From Octopus bimaculoides (lineage: Eukaryota): a stretch of 64,000 nucleotides of DNA. Below are positions 28,592-38,043 of this stretch, piece by piece. Position 1 is the stretch's first letter; the number at the start of each line of letters is the position of its first letter. The position numbers were made by a program, and so were the translations under genes. The stretch lies in contig NC_068989.1 of the NCBI RefSeq assembly GCF_001194135.2, positions 10,588,270 to 10,652,269 on the forward strand, written 5' to 3'. A model generated the notes under the pieces. It was given only the letters and a program-made list of their open reading frames with translations, was not told the origin of the DNA and ran no database searches.

Positions 28592-30286
28592 GCACACACA
28601 TGTATATACATATGCATATATACTCATGTGTGCAGAGGAGTCTAATGACATGGACATACCAGGCTGTTGTCAAGGTTTCACATGAGTTTAGTGGTCCTGA
28701 TGCTAAACTATATATATGCACAGTCATGGCTGTGTGGTTACGGAGATAGCTTTACAACCATGTGGTTTCAGGTTCGGTCCCAATGCCTCGTAAGTGAATT
28801 TGGTAAATAGAAATTGTGTGAGAGCTCGTCGTACACACATGCACACACCCACACATACAGACACACGCACATACATACATACAAATGCATATACACACTC
28901 ATATACACGCACACACACGCAAGTAAGGACATAGTTACAGCGAAAGAATGTGAAAAGAAATAGTACTCGAATACCAAAAGAAGACTAAAACACTATATTA
29001 CTGAAGCTGAAAATATCTCTAGAAACTGTTACTCTTGTGTGTGTGTGTGTGTGTGTGTATGTGTGTGTGTGTATGTGTGTGTATGTGTGTGTGTGATGCG
29101 TGCGTGCACGTCTGAATGTATGTATGTATGCGCATATGCTTGTATGTACACATCGATATAAATCCGTGTGTCGAGCACCTGCCCTTTTTGTTAAAACGTA
29201 ATTTAGCCTTTTGGTTAATAATCCATTCTACTAAAGGCACAAGGCCTGAAATTTAGTGGGAAGGGCCAGTCGATTACATCGATCTCAATANNNNNNNNNN
29301 NNNNNNNNNNNNNNNNNNNNNNNNNNNNNNNNNNNNNNNNNNNNNNNNNNNNNNNNNNNNNNNNNNNNNNNNNNNNNNNNNNNNNNNNNNNNNNNNNNNN
29401 NNNNNNNNNNNNNNNNNNNNNNNNNNNNNNNNNNNNNNNNNNNNNNNNNNNNNNNNNNNNNNNNNNNNNNNNNNNNNNNNNNNNNNNNNNNNNNNNNNNN
29501 NNNNNNNNNNNNNNNNNNNNNNNNNNNNNNNNNNNNNNNNNNNNNNNNNNNNNNNNNNNNNNNNNNNNNNNNNNNNNNNNNNNNNNNNNNNNNNNNNNNN
29601 NNNNNNNNNNNNNNNNNNNNNNNNNNNNNNNNNNNNNNNNNNNNNNNNNNNNNNNNNNNNNNNNNNNNNNNNNNNNNNNNNNNNNNNNNNNNNNNNNNNN
29701 NNNNNNNNNNNNNNNNNNNNNNNNNNNNNNNNNNNNNNNNNNNNNNNNNNNNNNNNNNNNNNNNNNNNNNNNNNNNNNNNNNNNNNNNNNNNNNNNNNNN
29801 NNNNNNNNNNNNNNNNNNNNNNNNNNNNNNNNNNNNNNNNNNNNNNNNNNNNNNNNNNNNNNNNNNNNNNNNNNNNNNNNNNNNNNNNTATATATATGTG
29901 TGTGTGTGTGTTTGTGTGTCTGTGTTAGTCCCACCACCATCGCTTGACATCCGATGCTGGTGTGTTTACGTCCCCGTAACTTAGCGGTTCGGCAAAACGG
30001 ACCGATAGAATAAGTACTAGGCTTTCAAAGAATAAGTCCTGGGGTCGATTTGCTCGACTAAAGGCGGTGCTCCAGCATGGCCGCTGTCAAATGACTGAAA
30101 CAAGTAAAAGAGAGTAAGTTCATTTAGTCTACTTACAGGATTATTTATGTAAAAGCGAAGCCTTTCTTTGGCATTTTCTAAAGAAGTCAGTCCACCAAGA
30201 CTCAAACCAAGATCTGTTAGCATCGTAATTGCTTCCCGAAGATCCTTTAGGGAATCAATTTCTTTCAGTTTCGGTAACGTCGCCAT
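1673..30286 (-). CDS. Gene A: dynamin-superfamily GTPase (Dynamin_N; bacterial-DLP/mitofusin/DSTYK-N-like), 8 exons in window, 3' incomplete
   Basis: join(complement 30286-30137,15372-15153,12902-12610,11202-11062,9077-8877,6384-6275,4545-4320,1901-1673). All introns are GT-AG and phases 0,1,0,0,0,2,0 chain without stops (1570 nt). Motifs: G1 [11 protein letters not shown]2 LCCTAC, G3 [10 protein letters not shown]4 FVSNKWE, then a helical stalk-like region. Joining exon 1 to exon 2 is inferred from phase and context. Confidence 0.88.
3003..3287. mobile_element. hAT-type MITE
   Basis: TIR CAGT(A/G)GTTCCCAAA; TSD ACCTAGAG/ATCTAGAG. Confidence 0.85.
4320..4545 (-). CDS. Gene A exon 7 ([13 protein letters not shown]...YLKSEA), helical stalk-like
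   Basis: Acceptor tgctttAG; donor GCG|GTAACA; phases fit on both sides. Confidence 0.85.
4920..5747. other. Assembly gap (others at about 18490-19231, 26022-26894, 29291-29888, 32923-33404, 50438-51418 and smaller)
   Basis: N runs, mostly flanked by microsatellites. Confidence 0.97.
6275..6384 (-). CDS. Gene A exon 6 ([37 protein letters not shown])
   Basis: Not in the ORF track; read by hand. Pyrimidine-rich acceptor ctatgtatAG; donor AA|GTAAAT; the phase-2 end matches exon 7. Confidence 0.85.
6688..7070 (+). mobile_element. tRNA-derived SINE family 1 (other copies about 5749-5950 -, 10492-10945 -, 29889-30117 +, 44325-44750 -, 63797-64000 +)
   Basis: GCAGGAGTGGCTGTGTGGT head, GGTTCAGTCCC B box, central (TA/TG)n, shared tail ending GACTGAAACAAGTAAA; several near-identical copies. 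Confidence 0.85.
7275..7820 (+). mobile_element. Non-autonomous Helitron/Helentron-type element (a minus-strand relative lies at about 3910-4213)
   Basis: 5' TTACCTCCGCCAAGG with subterminal inverted CTTGGCGGAGG, 3' hairpin and GTAGTT end. Confidence 0.55.
8877..9077 (-). CDS. Gene A exon 5 (LSRLLRVIN...[10 protein letters not shown]...LSISN; G4)
   Basis: Acceptor atcacAG; donor AAT|GTAAGT; 67 codons. Confidence 0.92.
11062..11202 (-). CDS. Gene A exon 4 ([14 protein letters not shown]...GGVQKDR; G3)
   Basis: Acceptor caacacAG; donor AGG|GTAATG; 47 codons. Confidence 0.93.
11604..11995 (+). mobile_element. tRNA-derived SINE family 2 with 10-bp TSD
   Basis: A box TGGCCCAGTGG, B box GGTTTCGATT, (AAC)n tail; TSD TAGTACATGT at 11593-11602 and 11996-12005. 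Confidence 0.88.
12610..12902 (-). CDS. Gene A exon 3 (G1 P-loop [15 protein letters not shown] and G2)
   Basis: Acceptor ctcctttAG; G|GA GAG ACT GGA TCC GGA AAA AGC; donor AAG|GTAACG. Confidence 0.93.
13825..14290 (-). mobile_element. R4/Dong-like LINE 3' end with (AAT)n tail
   Basis: [33 protein letters not shown] followed by a trinucleotide tail. Confidence 0.8.
14545..14700. repeat. Compound (ATG/GTG/ATA)n microsatellite; one example of many (CA)n, (TA)n, (AG)n, (ATCT)n, (TATG)n and (AAT)n tracts in the window
   Basis: Seen directly. Confidence 0.95.
15153..15372 (-). CDS. Gene A exon 2 ([16 protein letters not shown]...ECLIMLA-G)
   Basis: Acceptor ttttacAG at 15374-15373; donor GCAG|GTGAGA; ends in phase 1 inside the P-loop Gly codon. 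Confidence 0.9.
15880..16330 (-). mobile_element. Probable L1/Tx1-like RT relic
   Basis: [23 protein letters not shown] resembles LANRL..VL...Q.GF..GR; several stops. Confidence 0.35.
16688..17068. repeat. Inverted repeat, arms about 150 bp (16688-16840 / 16912-17068), with degenerate hammerhead-like remnant
   Basis: Arms are near reverse complements; contains GATC-TCAAG-GATC-GAAACCGGTA. Confidence 0.8.
17125..17265. repeat. Near-perfect hairpin, arms about 60 bp, 15-nt loop
   Basis: ...attaaggagcaagagcgaaaacgacct / aggtcgttttcgcccttgctgccttaat... Confidence 0.85.
17654..17738 (-). ncRNA. Hammerhead-like motif in the left arm of an inverted repeat
   Basis: GCAG-CUGAAGA-U-UGC...GCA-U-GAAAC-GAUC-GUA-CUGC; palindromic helix III; stem II closing pair is non-canonical. 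Confidence 0.5.
17840..17924 (+). ncRNA. Hammerhead-like motif in the right arm of the same inverted repeat
   Basis: GCAG-CUGAGGA-UUGU...GCAU-GAAAC-GAAC-GUA-CUGC. Confidence 0.45.
19569..19646 (-). ncRNA. Type I hammerhead ribozyme with extended stem II, in gene A intron 1 (sense strand)
   Basis: GUCGUA-CUGAAGA-[AUGUAUUA/UAAUGCAU and CGUAA/UUGCG pairs]-GAAAC-CUG-GUC-UACGAU. 6-bp stem I; predicted cleavage after the C opposite + position 19575. Confidence 0.7.
19635..19866. repeat. Inverted repeat centred near 19738
   Basis: ccgattacattggggtt/aaccccaatgtaatcgg centre with arms of about 100 bp. Confidence 0.8.
19865..20430 (+). mobile_element. R4/Dong-like LINE 3' fragment
   Basis: [53 protein letters not shown]. 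Confidence 0.8.
20940..21400 (+). mobile_element. R4/Dong-like LINE 3' fragment
   Basis: [58 protein letters not shown]. Confidence 0.8.
21540..21790 (+). repeat. Dispersed repeat, second copy at about 60055-60295
   Basis: Colinear similarity between the two copies (gattggaagt...ggtataaaagat...gatatgtgcatctctgatca). Confidence 0.75.
22140..23960 (-). mobile_element. Degenerate Tx1/L1-like LINE (ORF1 remnant plus APE region)
   Basis: [11 protein letters not shown]...[10 protein letters not shown] near 22380-22450 matches the post-APE SDH..GYWKLN signature; many stops. Confidence 0.55.
27008..27043 (-). ncRNA. Degenerate minimal hammerhead (G8 to A)
   Basis: GUUU-CUGAAAA-A-GAGC(GUCU)GCUC-GAAAC-GUC-GAAC. 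Confidence 0.45.
27505..27775. repeat. Inverted repeat, arms about 85 bp, with a CTGATGA remnant in the spacer
   Basis: gtacaggacaccaccaacagtaaa / tttactgttggtgacgtcctgtac; tcatcag at 27647-27653. Confidence 0.7.
30137..30286 (-). CDS. Gene A exon 1 ([50 protein letters not shown])
   Basis: Start context CGGAAGACAAG-ATG-GCG. 50 codons ending CCT|GTAAGT (phase 0), matching the phase-0 open start of exon 15372. Confidence 0.72.
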
Positions 30287-31665
30287 CTTGTCTTCCGTTT
30301 CCCAATTATTAGATTTCTTGGTCTTTTTTCTTCTTTATGTTATATGAATTTCTCTATATTCAACTTTTTACGTCTTATCTGCACCAGTAGCTCACAGAAG
30401 CTACCCCATTTATCAATTAAATAATATGCTCTGTAAAATTCCTTAAACATCACATCCTGTCTCTCCTCAGTGTGCGCATTATTGTAATTTTCCTTTATTG
30501 CATGCTTGATCACCCGTAACGTATGTCTCAATGGAATAACCACATGTGTCGATATATATATAGATATATGTAAATATCCTAATTTCTAATTTGTTGTTAT
30601 CTTTGTTTCTGTCGTATCTATTTCTTTTACGTGTGTCTCTGTATGTGTGTGTTATATTTCTGTTTATGCTGTTGTTATCGATGACTGCCTGTTTAATAGG
30701 TTATGTTATTAGTTCAACAGTCGAATAATACTGTTAGAGGGGAAAAAAAACTTCGACCAGAGCAACAATAATCACAACGACAACAGGTTTACAAGTTAAG
30801 ACAGACAGTATATATATAGGTGTGTGTGTGTGTGTGTGTGTGTTGCATAAGGAAAACAGGTTGTCAAAATAATAAAAAAGTTAGTTGTGTTACATTGTAA
30901 GTGTGAAGGTGTGGGTGTCTAAGCGTGTATAAATTTGGAAATATATGTGCGTCTAGATATTTAAAACATGAGTGTTAGGAGATTTGCATGTATGTGTGTT
31001 ATATTTGCATGTTCTTTATAAAATATGTTAACGAAAGTGTGAGAGAGCACATGGGTGCCGATTAGTTTTCAGACATACACAAAAGAAGGCTGAAACACAT
31101 GATCATATACATATACACACACTTCTCACACAAGGATACATATTAAGATACACAACCATACATCCAGACGCACATACGTAGTCACACAAACCCATACATA
31201 TAGAGACACTCAACATGCACACACAAGGAGACAGGTACACACACACACACATGAACACACAAACACATGGAGACATGAATATGCAGAATACATACATACA
31301 AACGTACACACACACACACACACATATGCATACACACTCATACATACATACACACACATACATACGTACGTACATACATACATACATACATACATACATA
31401 ATTACGTACGTACGTACATACATACATGCATACATGCATACACATACATATGTGTATACACATGCACACTGACGCATACACATACACACACACAAACAAA
31501 CAAACAAAAGGAATGCAGCCCCGACAACAGAGTCAACGACTACTGAAAAAGTTGCAAGAAGCAGCGAAAATTTTGGAAATAATAAATAAGTAAATGAGTG
31601 GAAATCGAGCCGGTGCGTGTGTTAAATAACAAGCCATTAAAACAGAATGGCTCTCCCCAGACAGA

Positions 31666-31701
<36 letters not shown>

Positions 31702-32133
31702 TATATATATAAAAGATAATAGGAGTGAAAAAACTACAGAAGGCTTGTGTTACATGGTTAAAGTATATATTTACATTATGTCAGAAAAATGTTAGAAAAA
31801 TGTTATAAAATCTTTTTGGTATATAAACATTGTATTTTGAGAAATAACCGGTTTCGTGTTGTCTTTTCAAATTTCTCTACTTCATTGTAACGTGTTCGCT
31901 CCAGTCATATATATTAGACATACACCTATATGTATACATATACATACATATCTACACCCATATATACATCCATCGTTCCGTCTGTCTTTTTAAGTATTTT
32001 GAATGTATTTTTAAATGTAAGTACTGCAAACTCACTTTTCAGACGCGTGTTCTATAGAGTTACTTCCCTTGCACGAAAGACGCTGAAAGATATCACAAAA
32101 ATAATCTTTCATAAAGATTATATAGTTGTTAAA

Positions 32134-32346
32134 GCGGCGAGCTGGCAGAATCGTTAGCACGCCGGGCGAAATGCTTAGCGGTATTTCGTCTGCCTCTACG
32201 TTCTCAGTTCAAATTCCGCCGAGGCCGACTTTGCTTTTCATCCTTTCGGGGTCGATAAATTAAGTACCAGTTACGCACTGTGGTCGATGTAATCTGCTTA
32301 ATTCCTTTGTCTGTCTTTGTTTGTCCCCTCTATGTTTAGCCCCTTG
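32134..32346 (+). mobile_element. SINE family 3 (copies about 3595-3795 -, 14700-14860 -, 43805-44005 -, 45277-45410 +, 54091-54300 +, 58740-58915 -)
   Basis: GGCGAGCTGGCAGAATCGTTAGC head, GAGTTCAAATTC B box, GGGGTCGATAAATTAAGTACCAG core. Confidence 0.8.
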
Positions 32347-32446
32347 NNNNNNNNNNNNNNNNNNNNNNNNNNNNNNNNNNNNNNNNNNNNNNNNNNNNNN
32401 NNNNNNNNNNNNNNNNNNNNNNNNNNNNNNNNNNNNNNNNNNNNNN

Positions 32447-32477
<31 letters not shown>

Positions 32478-32604
32478 GACGGGCTTCTTTCCGTTTATAG
32501 TGTGTGTGTGTGTGTGTGTGTGTATTCGTAGTTCAATAGCTCTACGTACACAGTAGATAACATGGTCTACGATATTAATTCAAAAACTGCTTTTAGGCGA
32601 GGGA

Positions 32605-32755
32605 CTCACAACAGAGTCACGATTTGTAAACACCTGTTAATTCATATGCGTCTACCACAAAAGCTATTTCTAATCATTTTGTGGTAATATTACCACTTTA
32701 AGGATTAGATGCATATAAATTAATAGGTGTTTACAAATCGTGTCTCTGTTGTAAG
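32605..32755. repeat. Inverted repeat, arms about 50 bp
   Basis: caacagagtcacgatttgtaaacacctgttaatt / aattaataggtgtttacaaatcgtgtctctgttg. Confidence 0.75.
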
Positions 32756-32867
32756 ACACACACACACACTCACGTATATGTATGATTCATGTAATAATGC
32801 CTCAACGAGTAGAAAAAACTTTCGATCATCTAAGAGAGTAAAGATAATTTTATGATAAAAATACGCG

Positions 32868-32922
<55 letters not shown>

Positions 32923-33835
32923 NNNNNNNNNNNNNNNNNNNNNNNNNNNNNNNNNNNNNNNNNNNNNNNNNNNNNNNNNNNNNNNNNNNNNNNNNNNNNN
33001 NNNNNNNNNNNNNNNNNNNNNNNNNNNNNNNNNNNNNNNNNNNNNNNNNNNNNNNNNNNNNNNNNNNNNNNNNNNNNNNNNNNNNNNNNNNNNNNNNNNN
33101 NNNNNNNNNNNNNNNNNNNNNNNNNNNNNNNNNNNNNNNNNNNNNNNNNNNNNNNNNNNNNNNNNNNNNNNNNNNNNNNNNNNNNNNNNNNNNNNNNNNN
33201 NNNNNNNNNNNNNNNNNNNNNNNNNNNNNNNNNNNNNNNNNNNNNNNNNNNNNNNNNNNNNNNNNNNNNNNNNNNNNNNNNNNNNNNNNNNNNNNNNNNN
33301 NNNNNNNNNNNNNNNNNNNNNNNNNNNNNNNNNNNNNNNNNNNNNNNNNNNNNNNNNNNNNNNNNNNNNNNNNNNNNNNNNNNNNNNNNNNNNNNNNNNN
33401 NNNNACACACACACACAATACACACAGATACACAGATACACAACATGTGTATTAATATTGGCTTGTCAACACTTTCATTTATCAATCTCTTGAATTTATC
33501 AACATTGCATGCATGACAAGAGTGCGTATGCTTTGTGAAATTGCTTTCTATATAATCTTTAGTACGTACCTGGTGACGTATCAAAAGTAATAGTTAAATT
33601 TACTGTTCTGTGTATGTGTGCCTGTGTGTGTGTGTATTTGAGTGTGTGTGTGGCTATGTTTGCGTATCTGTGTACCTGTAAAAAATGTAAACATCTTAAC
33701 AAGTGGCGCTTGTTTTGTTGTTGCTGTCATTTGAGTTTAATCTCAGTCAACCGTGAACGGGTAGACATTATGACCAATGTGTTCCATATTCAAAGCAATG
33801 GTTGTGATTTAAGGTATGTTTAGCTACTATTTCAG

Positions 33836-34086
33836 CTTATCTAGCTATCAGCAATGGCTCTCTTCTATCTATATGTACTTGGTATGGAAATAATTCTTGC
33901 TACAACTATGATAGCCTCCAACACTATTATCTCGAGGGCCTCGAGGACCAGTGGGAAGGGGGGAAGGATGGAATCCACAACCCGAAGTCCAGCTCCAATG
34001 TGTGCAACTGCTCGGGCCCCACTAAAGACACTGACGGTGCCAGGTGGTGGTCGTACACTGTACCACGGATTAAATCTATCACCCAA
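33836..34086 (+). CDS. Candidate exon: degenerate EGF-like segment plus N-terminal half of an F-type lectin (FTP/F5-8C-like) domain
   Basis: ctatttcAG acceptor, 251 nt open frame (YLAISNGSLLSICTWYGNNSCYNYD...GGKDGIHNPKSSSNVCNCSGPTKDTDGARWWSYTVPRIKSITQ), donor CAA|GTAAGC. Domain call is from motif resemblance (DG..C..T..WW). Confidence 0.5.
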
Positions 34087-34716
34087 GTAAGCCACGGCGG
34101 AATTTGAACTCAGGACGCTAATAACCGAAATAAATATTGCAAGGAATCCACTCTAAAGTTCTTACAGCGTCACCATTCAAATGCTCAGTGTTGCTGCGTT
34201 ATTTTTTATCAACTTAGAATGAATGAGAGACGACGTTAACCTCGGCAGAATTTGAACTCAGAGCGACTACTATCAGAACAAATAACACAAGCCTCGCTAA
34301 ACTAAATTTCAGCATTTGTTGTTGCTGCTGTTGTTTCTGTTGTTCTTATGTTTTAGTTTCAGGTCAACACTCTTCATGGCGGACTTTGATGAAAGCCGCT
34401 CCGGTCTTTGTTTTATGTATATTAAAGCCAATGTTGTCCAACAAATTGTTGTTTTGTTTAAAACGTTATGTTGCCATAAATAGCAATCATGTATACCACA
34501 AAACACAAGGCGCAATTATAAATAAAGGACTATTTATTAGACAATATAGATCCTGATATACTTAAAACAAACGATAGGATGGTCAAAACTAGAACAGCCT
34601 TGTTCATTGATACCCTCGGAGAGTGTGAACCGGAAACTAAACAAGAAAAGTACATTGCTTACATTATTTACATTATTTACATTCGACGTATATTTGTCAT
34701 CATCTTGTTTGTTGTT

Positions 34717-34762
34717 AACACAACGTTTCGGCTGATATACCCTCCAGCCTTCTTCAGGTGTC
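34717..34762 (-). ncRNA. Minimal type I hammerhead ribozyme (Penelope-like), core intact
   Basis: GACAC-CUGAAGA-A-GGCUG(loop)CAGCC-GAAAC-GUU-GUGUU. Stem I GACAC/GUGUU, 5-bp stem II, helix III reduced to the palindrome AACGUU. Confidence 0.75.
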
Positions 34763-34802
34763 TTGGGGAAATTTCGAACCTGGGTTCTCATTCCTAAGGT
34801 AT

Positions 34803-35100
34803 GCCCGTGGGCATATGGCGTAGTGGTTAAGAGCGCGGGCTACTAACCCGAAGATTCCGAGTTCGATTGCAAGCAGTGACCTGAACAATAACAATCACAA
34901 CAACAACAACAACAACAACAACAATAATAATAATAATAATAATAATAACATCGAAAAATACCTTAGGAATGAGAACCCAGGTTCGAAATTTCCCCAAGAC
35001 ACCTGATGAAGGCTGGGGGGTATATCAGCCGAAACGCTGTGTTATCAACAAACAAGATGAGGACAAATATCCGTCAAATGTAAATAATGTACATAATTCC
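34803..35100 (+). mobile_element. tRNA-headed SINE-like element with (AAC/AAT)n linker and hammerhead-bearing tail
   Basis: A box TGGCGTAGTGG, anticodon-like arm CGGG-CTACTAA-CCCG, B box GAGTTCGATT, microsatellite about 34883-34948, tail about 34949-35100. An inverted tail copy (about 34655-34802) abuts the 5' end. Confidence 0.7.
34998..35043 (+). ncRNA. Second hammerhead copy, probably inactive (GUU changed to GCU)
   Basis: GACAC-CUGAUGA-A-GGCUG..CAGCC-GAAAC-GCU-GUGUU. Confidence 0.65.
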
Positions 35101-36089
35101 GCATCTCTTAAATATAGAACTGTAAGAAAAGTACAACAACAACAACAACAACAAATATAACAACAGCGTCAACAAATGCGGTGAATTGGCTTAATCGTTA
35201 GAGTTGCCATAAGGCCCCTGCCGAGATTCGAAACACCGCCCGAGTTGTTACAAAGCACACGCACACACACACACACGCATACACACACACACGTACGCGC
35301 GCGCGCTCACTCGCACAAGTGGAAGCCACCATAAGCACTCCACCCTGTGGTCGGGCTATTAGGTTACAAAGTCATGTGATTAACTGAACTCATGCAAGTG
35401 TGCGCATTGGAATATCTATGTATAAATCAAACAGGTTATCTGTTAACGTGAACATGTAAGAGCGTTCGTGTGTGGCTTTATTCAACTTGGTGTGAATCAC
35501 GACCTGTAAAGAGGCGTAAAGACGCAATTGATACCCGATCGTTTTGTGAGCATCAATAGGTGTGAGTTTTAGAACTTATATGTTGAGTGCCTGTCAACAG
35601 TGTGTATACCTCGCTGAAATTTTTCCTATCATGCCTGTATTAATTTTGTGACTATTCCGTGGCATAGAAGTATAGGTGATCGCTCTATAAATAACAAGCA
35701 AGACTTCCACAAACCACGACTCATTATTTTAAGCAAAAGAACAATTTGTTGGACTCATTGGCTTTGATATACTTAAAACAAACGACGGGATGGTCAAGAC
35801 CGGAGCGGATTTCCTTATTGACTGTCTCGAAGCTAAACAAGAACAATGCAGCAAATTAGTCTAGCAGTTAAAGTTGTAGCGAGGCTTGTGTTATTTGTTC
35901 TGATATTAGTCGCTCTGAGTTCAAATTCTGCCGAGGTTAACTTCGTCTTTCATTCATTCGGAGTTGATAAAAAATAACGCAGCAACACTGAGCATTTGAA
36001 TGGTGACGCTGTAAGAACTTTAGAGTGGATTCCTTGCAATATTTATTTCGGTTATTAGCGTCCTGAGTTCAAATTCCGCCGTTGCCTAC

Positions 36090-36340
36090 TTGGGTGGTAG
36101 ATTTAATCCGTGGTATAGTGCACGACCACCACCTGGCACCGTCAGTGTCTTTAGTGGGGCCCGAGCAGTTGCACACATTGGAGCTGGACTTCGGGTTGTA
36201 GATTCCATCCTTTCCCCCTTCCCACTGGTCTTCGAGGCTCTCGAGACACTAGTGTTGGAGGCAGTCGTAGTTGTAGCAAGGATTATTTCCACACCAAGTA
36301 CATACAGATAGAAGAGAGCCATTGCTGATAGCTAGACAAG
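36090..36340 (-). pseudogene. Inverted duplicate of the 33836-34086 exon with an in-frame stop
   Basis: Same 251 nt length and splice sites. Reads CTWCGNNPCYNYDCLQH*CLESLEDQWEGG; TAG at 36251-36249. Confidence 0.55.
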
Positions 36341-37527
36341 CTGAAATAGTAGCTAAACATACCTTAAATCACAACCATAGAGTTGAATCTATATATATAA
36401 AACATATTTGTGTCTGTGCATCTGTGTGTCTGTGTGTGTGTGTGTATGGTCGTCATGCATTTCCACATTTCAACCGATTTCTCTCAATCTTGACACACTG
36501 ATAGCTTATGCTCCAAGGGTGGTCATGGCATACTTTATATTTTCCAGACGCCTCGCGTATAACCAAAAACCGCGAATAACTGTACAGAAAACCAGTTTTT
36601 TGCCTATAACTCTCTGGTTTTTCGAGCGATTTCCTCGAAATTTGACACGAATATTACGCATAATATAAGAATTGCTTTGCTTAAAATTTTTCGTCAAAGT
36701 CATCTGCGTTAATTGTAAAAAATCCGCGAATAACTGCGTTAAATCGTTTTTTTTTTACTAATAACTTCCGCAGTTTCCAACTGATTCGCTCCAAATTTGG
36801 TATAAACATTACTCATGCTTTAAGAATTGTTTTAAACTTATGTTTTTGTAAAGAGAATCCGCATTGAGTGGAAAAAGTCTGCGAATAATTAACGTAAAAT
36901 TCGTATTTTTTTTGCCAATAACTTCCGCAGTTCCAAAACCGATCCGCTCCAAATTTGGCAATAATATTACTCATGCTTAATTGACTGTTTTAGACGAATG
37001 TTTTGTCAAGTTCATTCGCATTAAATTTGCAATTTACTGGATTAAACTTGGTTTTTTACTTACAACTTCTGCCGTTTACTCACGCGCCAAGGATTGTGGG
37101 GCAGTTTTACCTCGCTGATTTGATCTGTGTACATTAGTGTTTACTTACCCCCTGCCTATTATCACCCCATTATCCCTCCCCGACTTCAGCATAAATTTTC
37201 TTTAATTACCCTCCGCTCATGGTATGATAACACGGGGTGGACTGCGAGTATGACCTCTGACCTATGCGCGTGAACATTATTGATTGCCCGCTGTAATGAG
37301 GCCTTCCAATTAATTCTTTGACTGATTTTCATTGGTAGAATACTGTTCCTTTGATCATGCCAGTGTCAAATCGTAATTACTGATGCGCTTTTGTACACAT
37401 CTGATACGTGTTTCAGCTTACAGGCTAGGCCTACTATTTGACGTACATTATTACTTTAACTTCATACTTCCTGTTGAAATTTTTCGTTGTTCCCATACTC
37501 AAGTTAACTCCTTTATAATGTTGCCGC

Positions 37528-38043
37528 GGATCTAGTTCAAAACGGGGGCACCAGTTTTCATTTATGTTTTATGTAGTGTTTTTGGTACCGAAAGACTTTC
37601 AAACTTCGTATACTTATCTATTTTGTGTTATAGAACAGAAAAAAATTTTTGTATTCGAATTAATTTCATGTAAAAAATTGTCTTATTTCGATAATTTCAA
37701 CCAATCACTGACAAGTATTCAACTGTTTACAGTTATTCCTTTGGCAGTTTAAGCGGTGTAAAGCGTATTTAATCTCCATTNNNNNNNNNNTATCACCGCC
37801 AGAATCGTTTGAGAATCGTTTGTTTACGTAGTCAGCACTTACTGTATTCGGCTGAATGGACGTCAGTCATTGGTTGAAATTACAGAAATACGACAACTTT
37901 AACATGAAATAAATTGCAATATAATAATTTTTCTTAAGAAGACTAAGAGAAAAAGATGTTTTATATGACACATTCTACCAGTGTCCCAAGTTTCAAAGTG
38001 TTTCGTTAAGAAAATACTGGTGCCCCCGTTTTGAACTAGATCC
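37528..38043. mobile_element. MITE with GGATC-starting TIRs and 8-bp TSD (Merlin-like by end structure)
   Basis: TIR GGATCTAGTTCAAAACGGGGGCACCAGT; TSD GTTGCCGC at 37520-37527 and 38044-38051. Confidence 0.85.

Noticed and set aside
31103-31507. VC/HT/YI/LS/poly-I ORFs throughout the window
   Set aside because: Translations of microsatellites.
33854-34090. Signal-peptide-like ORF MALFYLYVLG... present in both duplication arms
   Set aside because: An overlapping frame has splice sites at both ends and domain-like Cys/Trp motifs. The shared ORF is explained by recent duplication, and non-synonymous changes outnumber synonymous ones.
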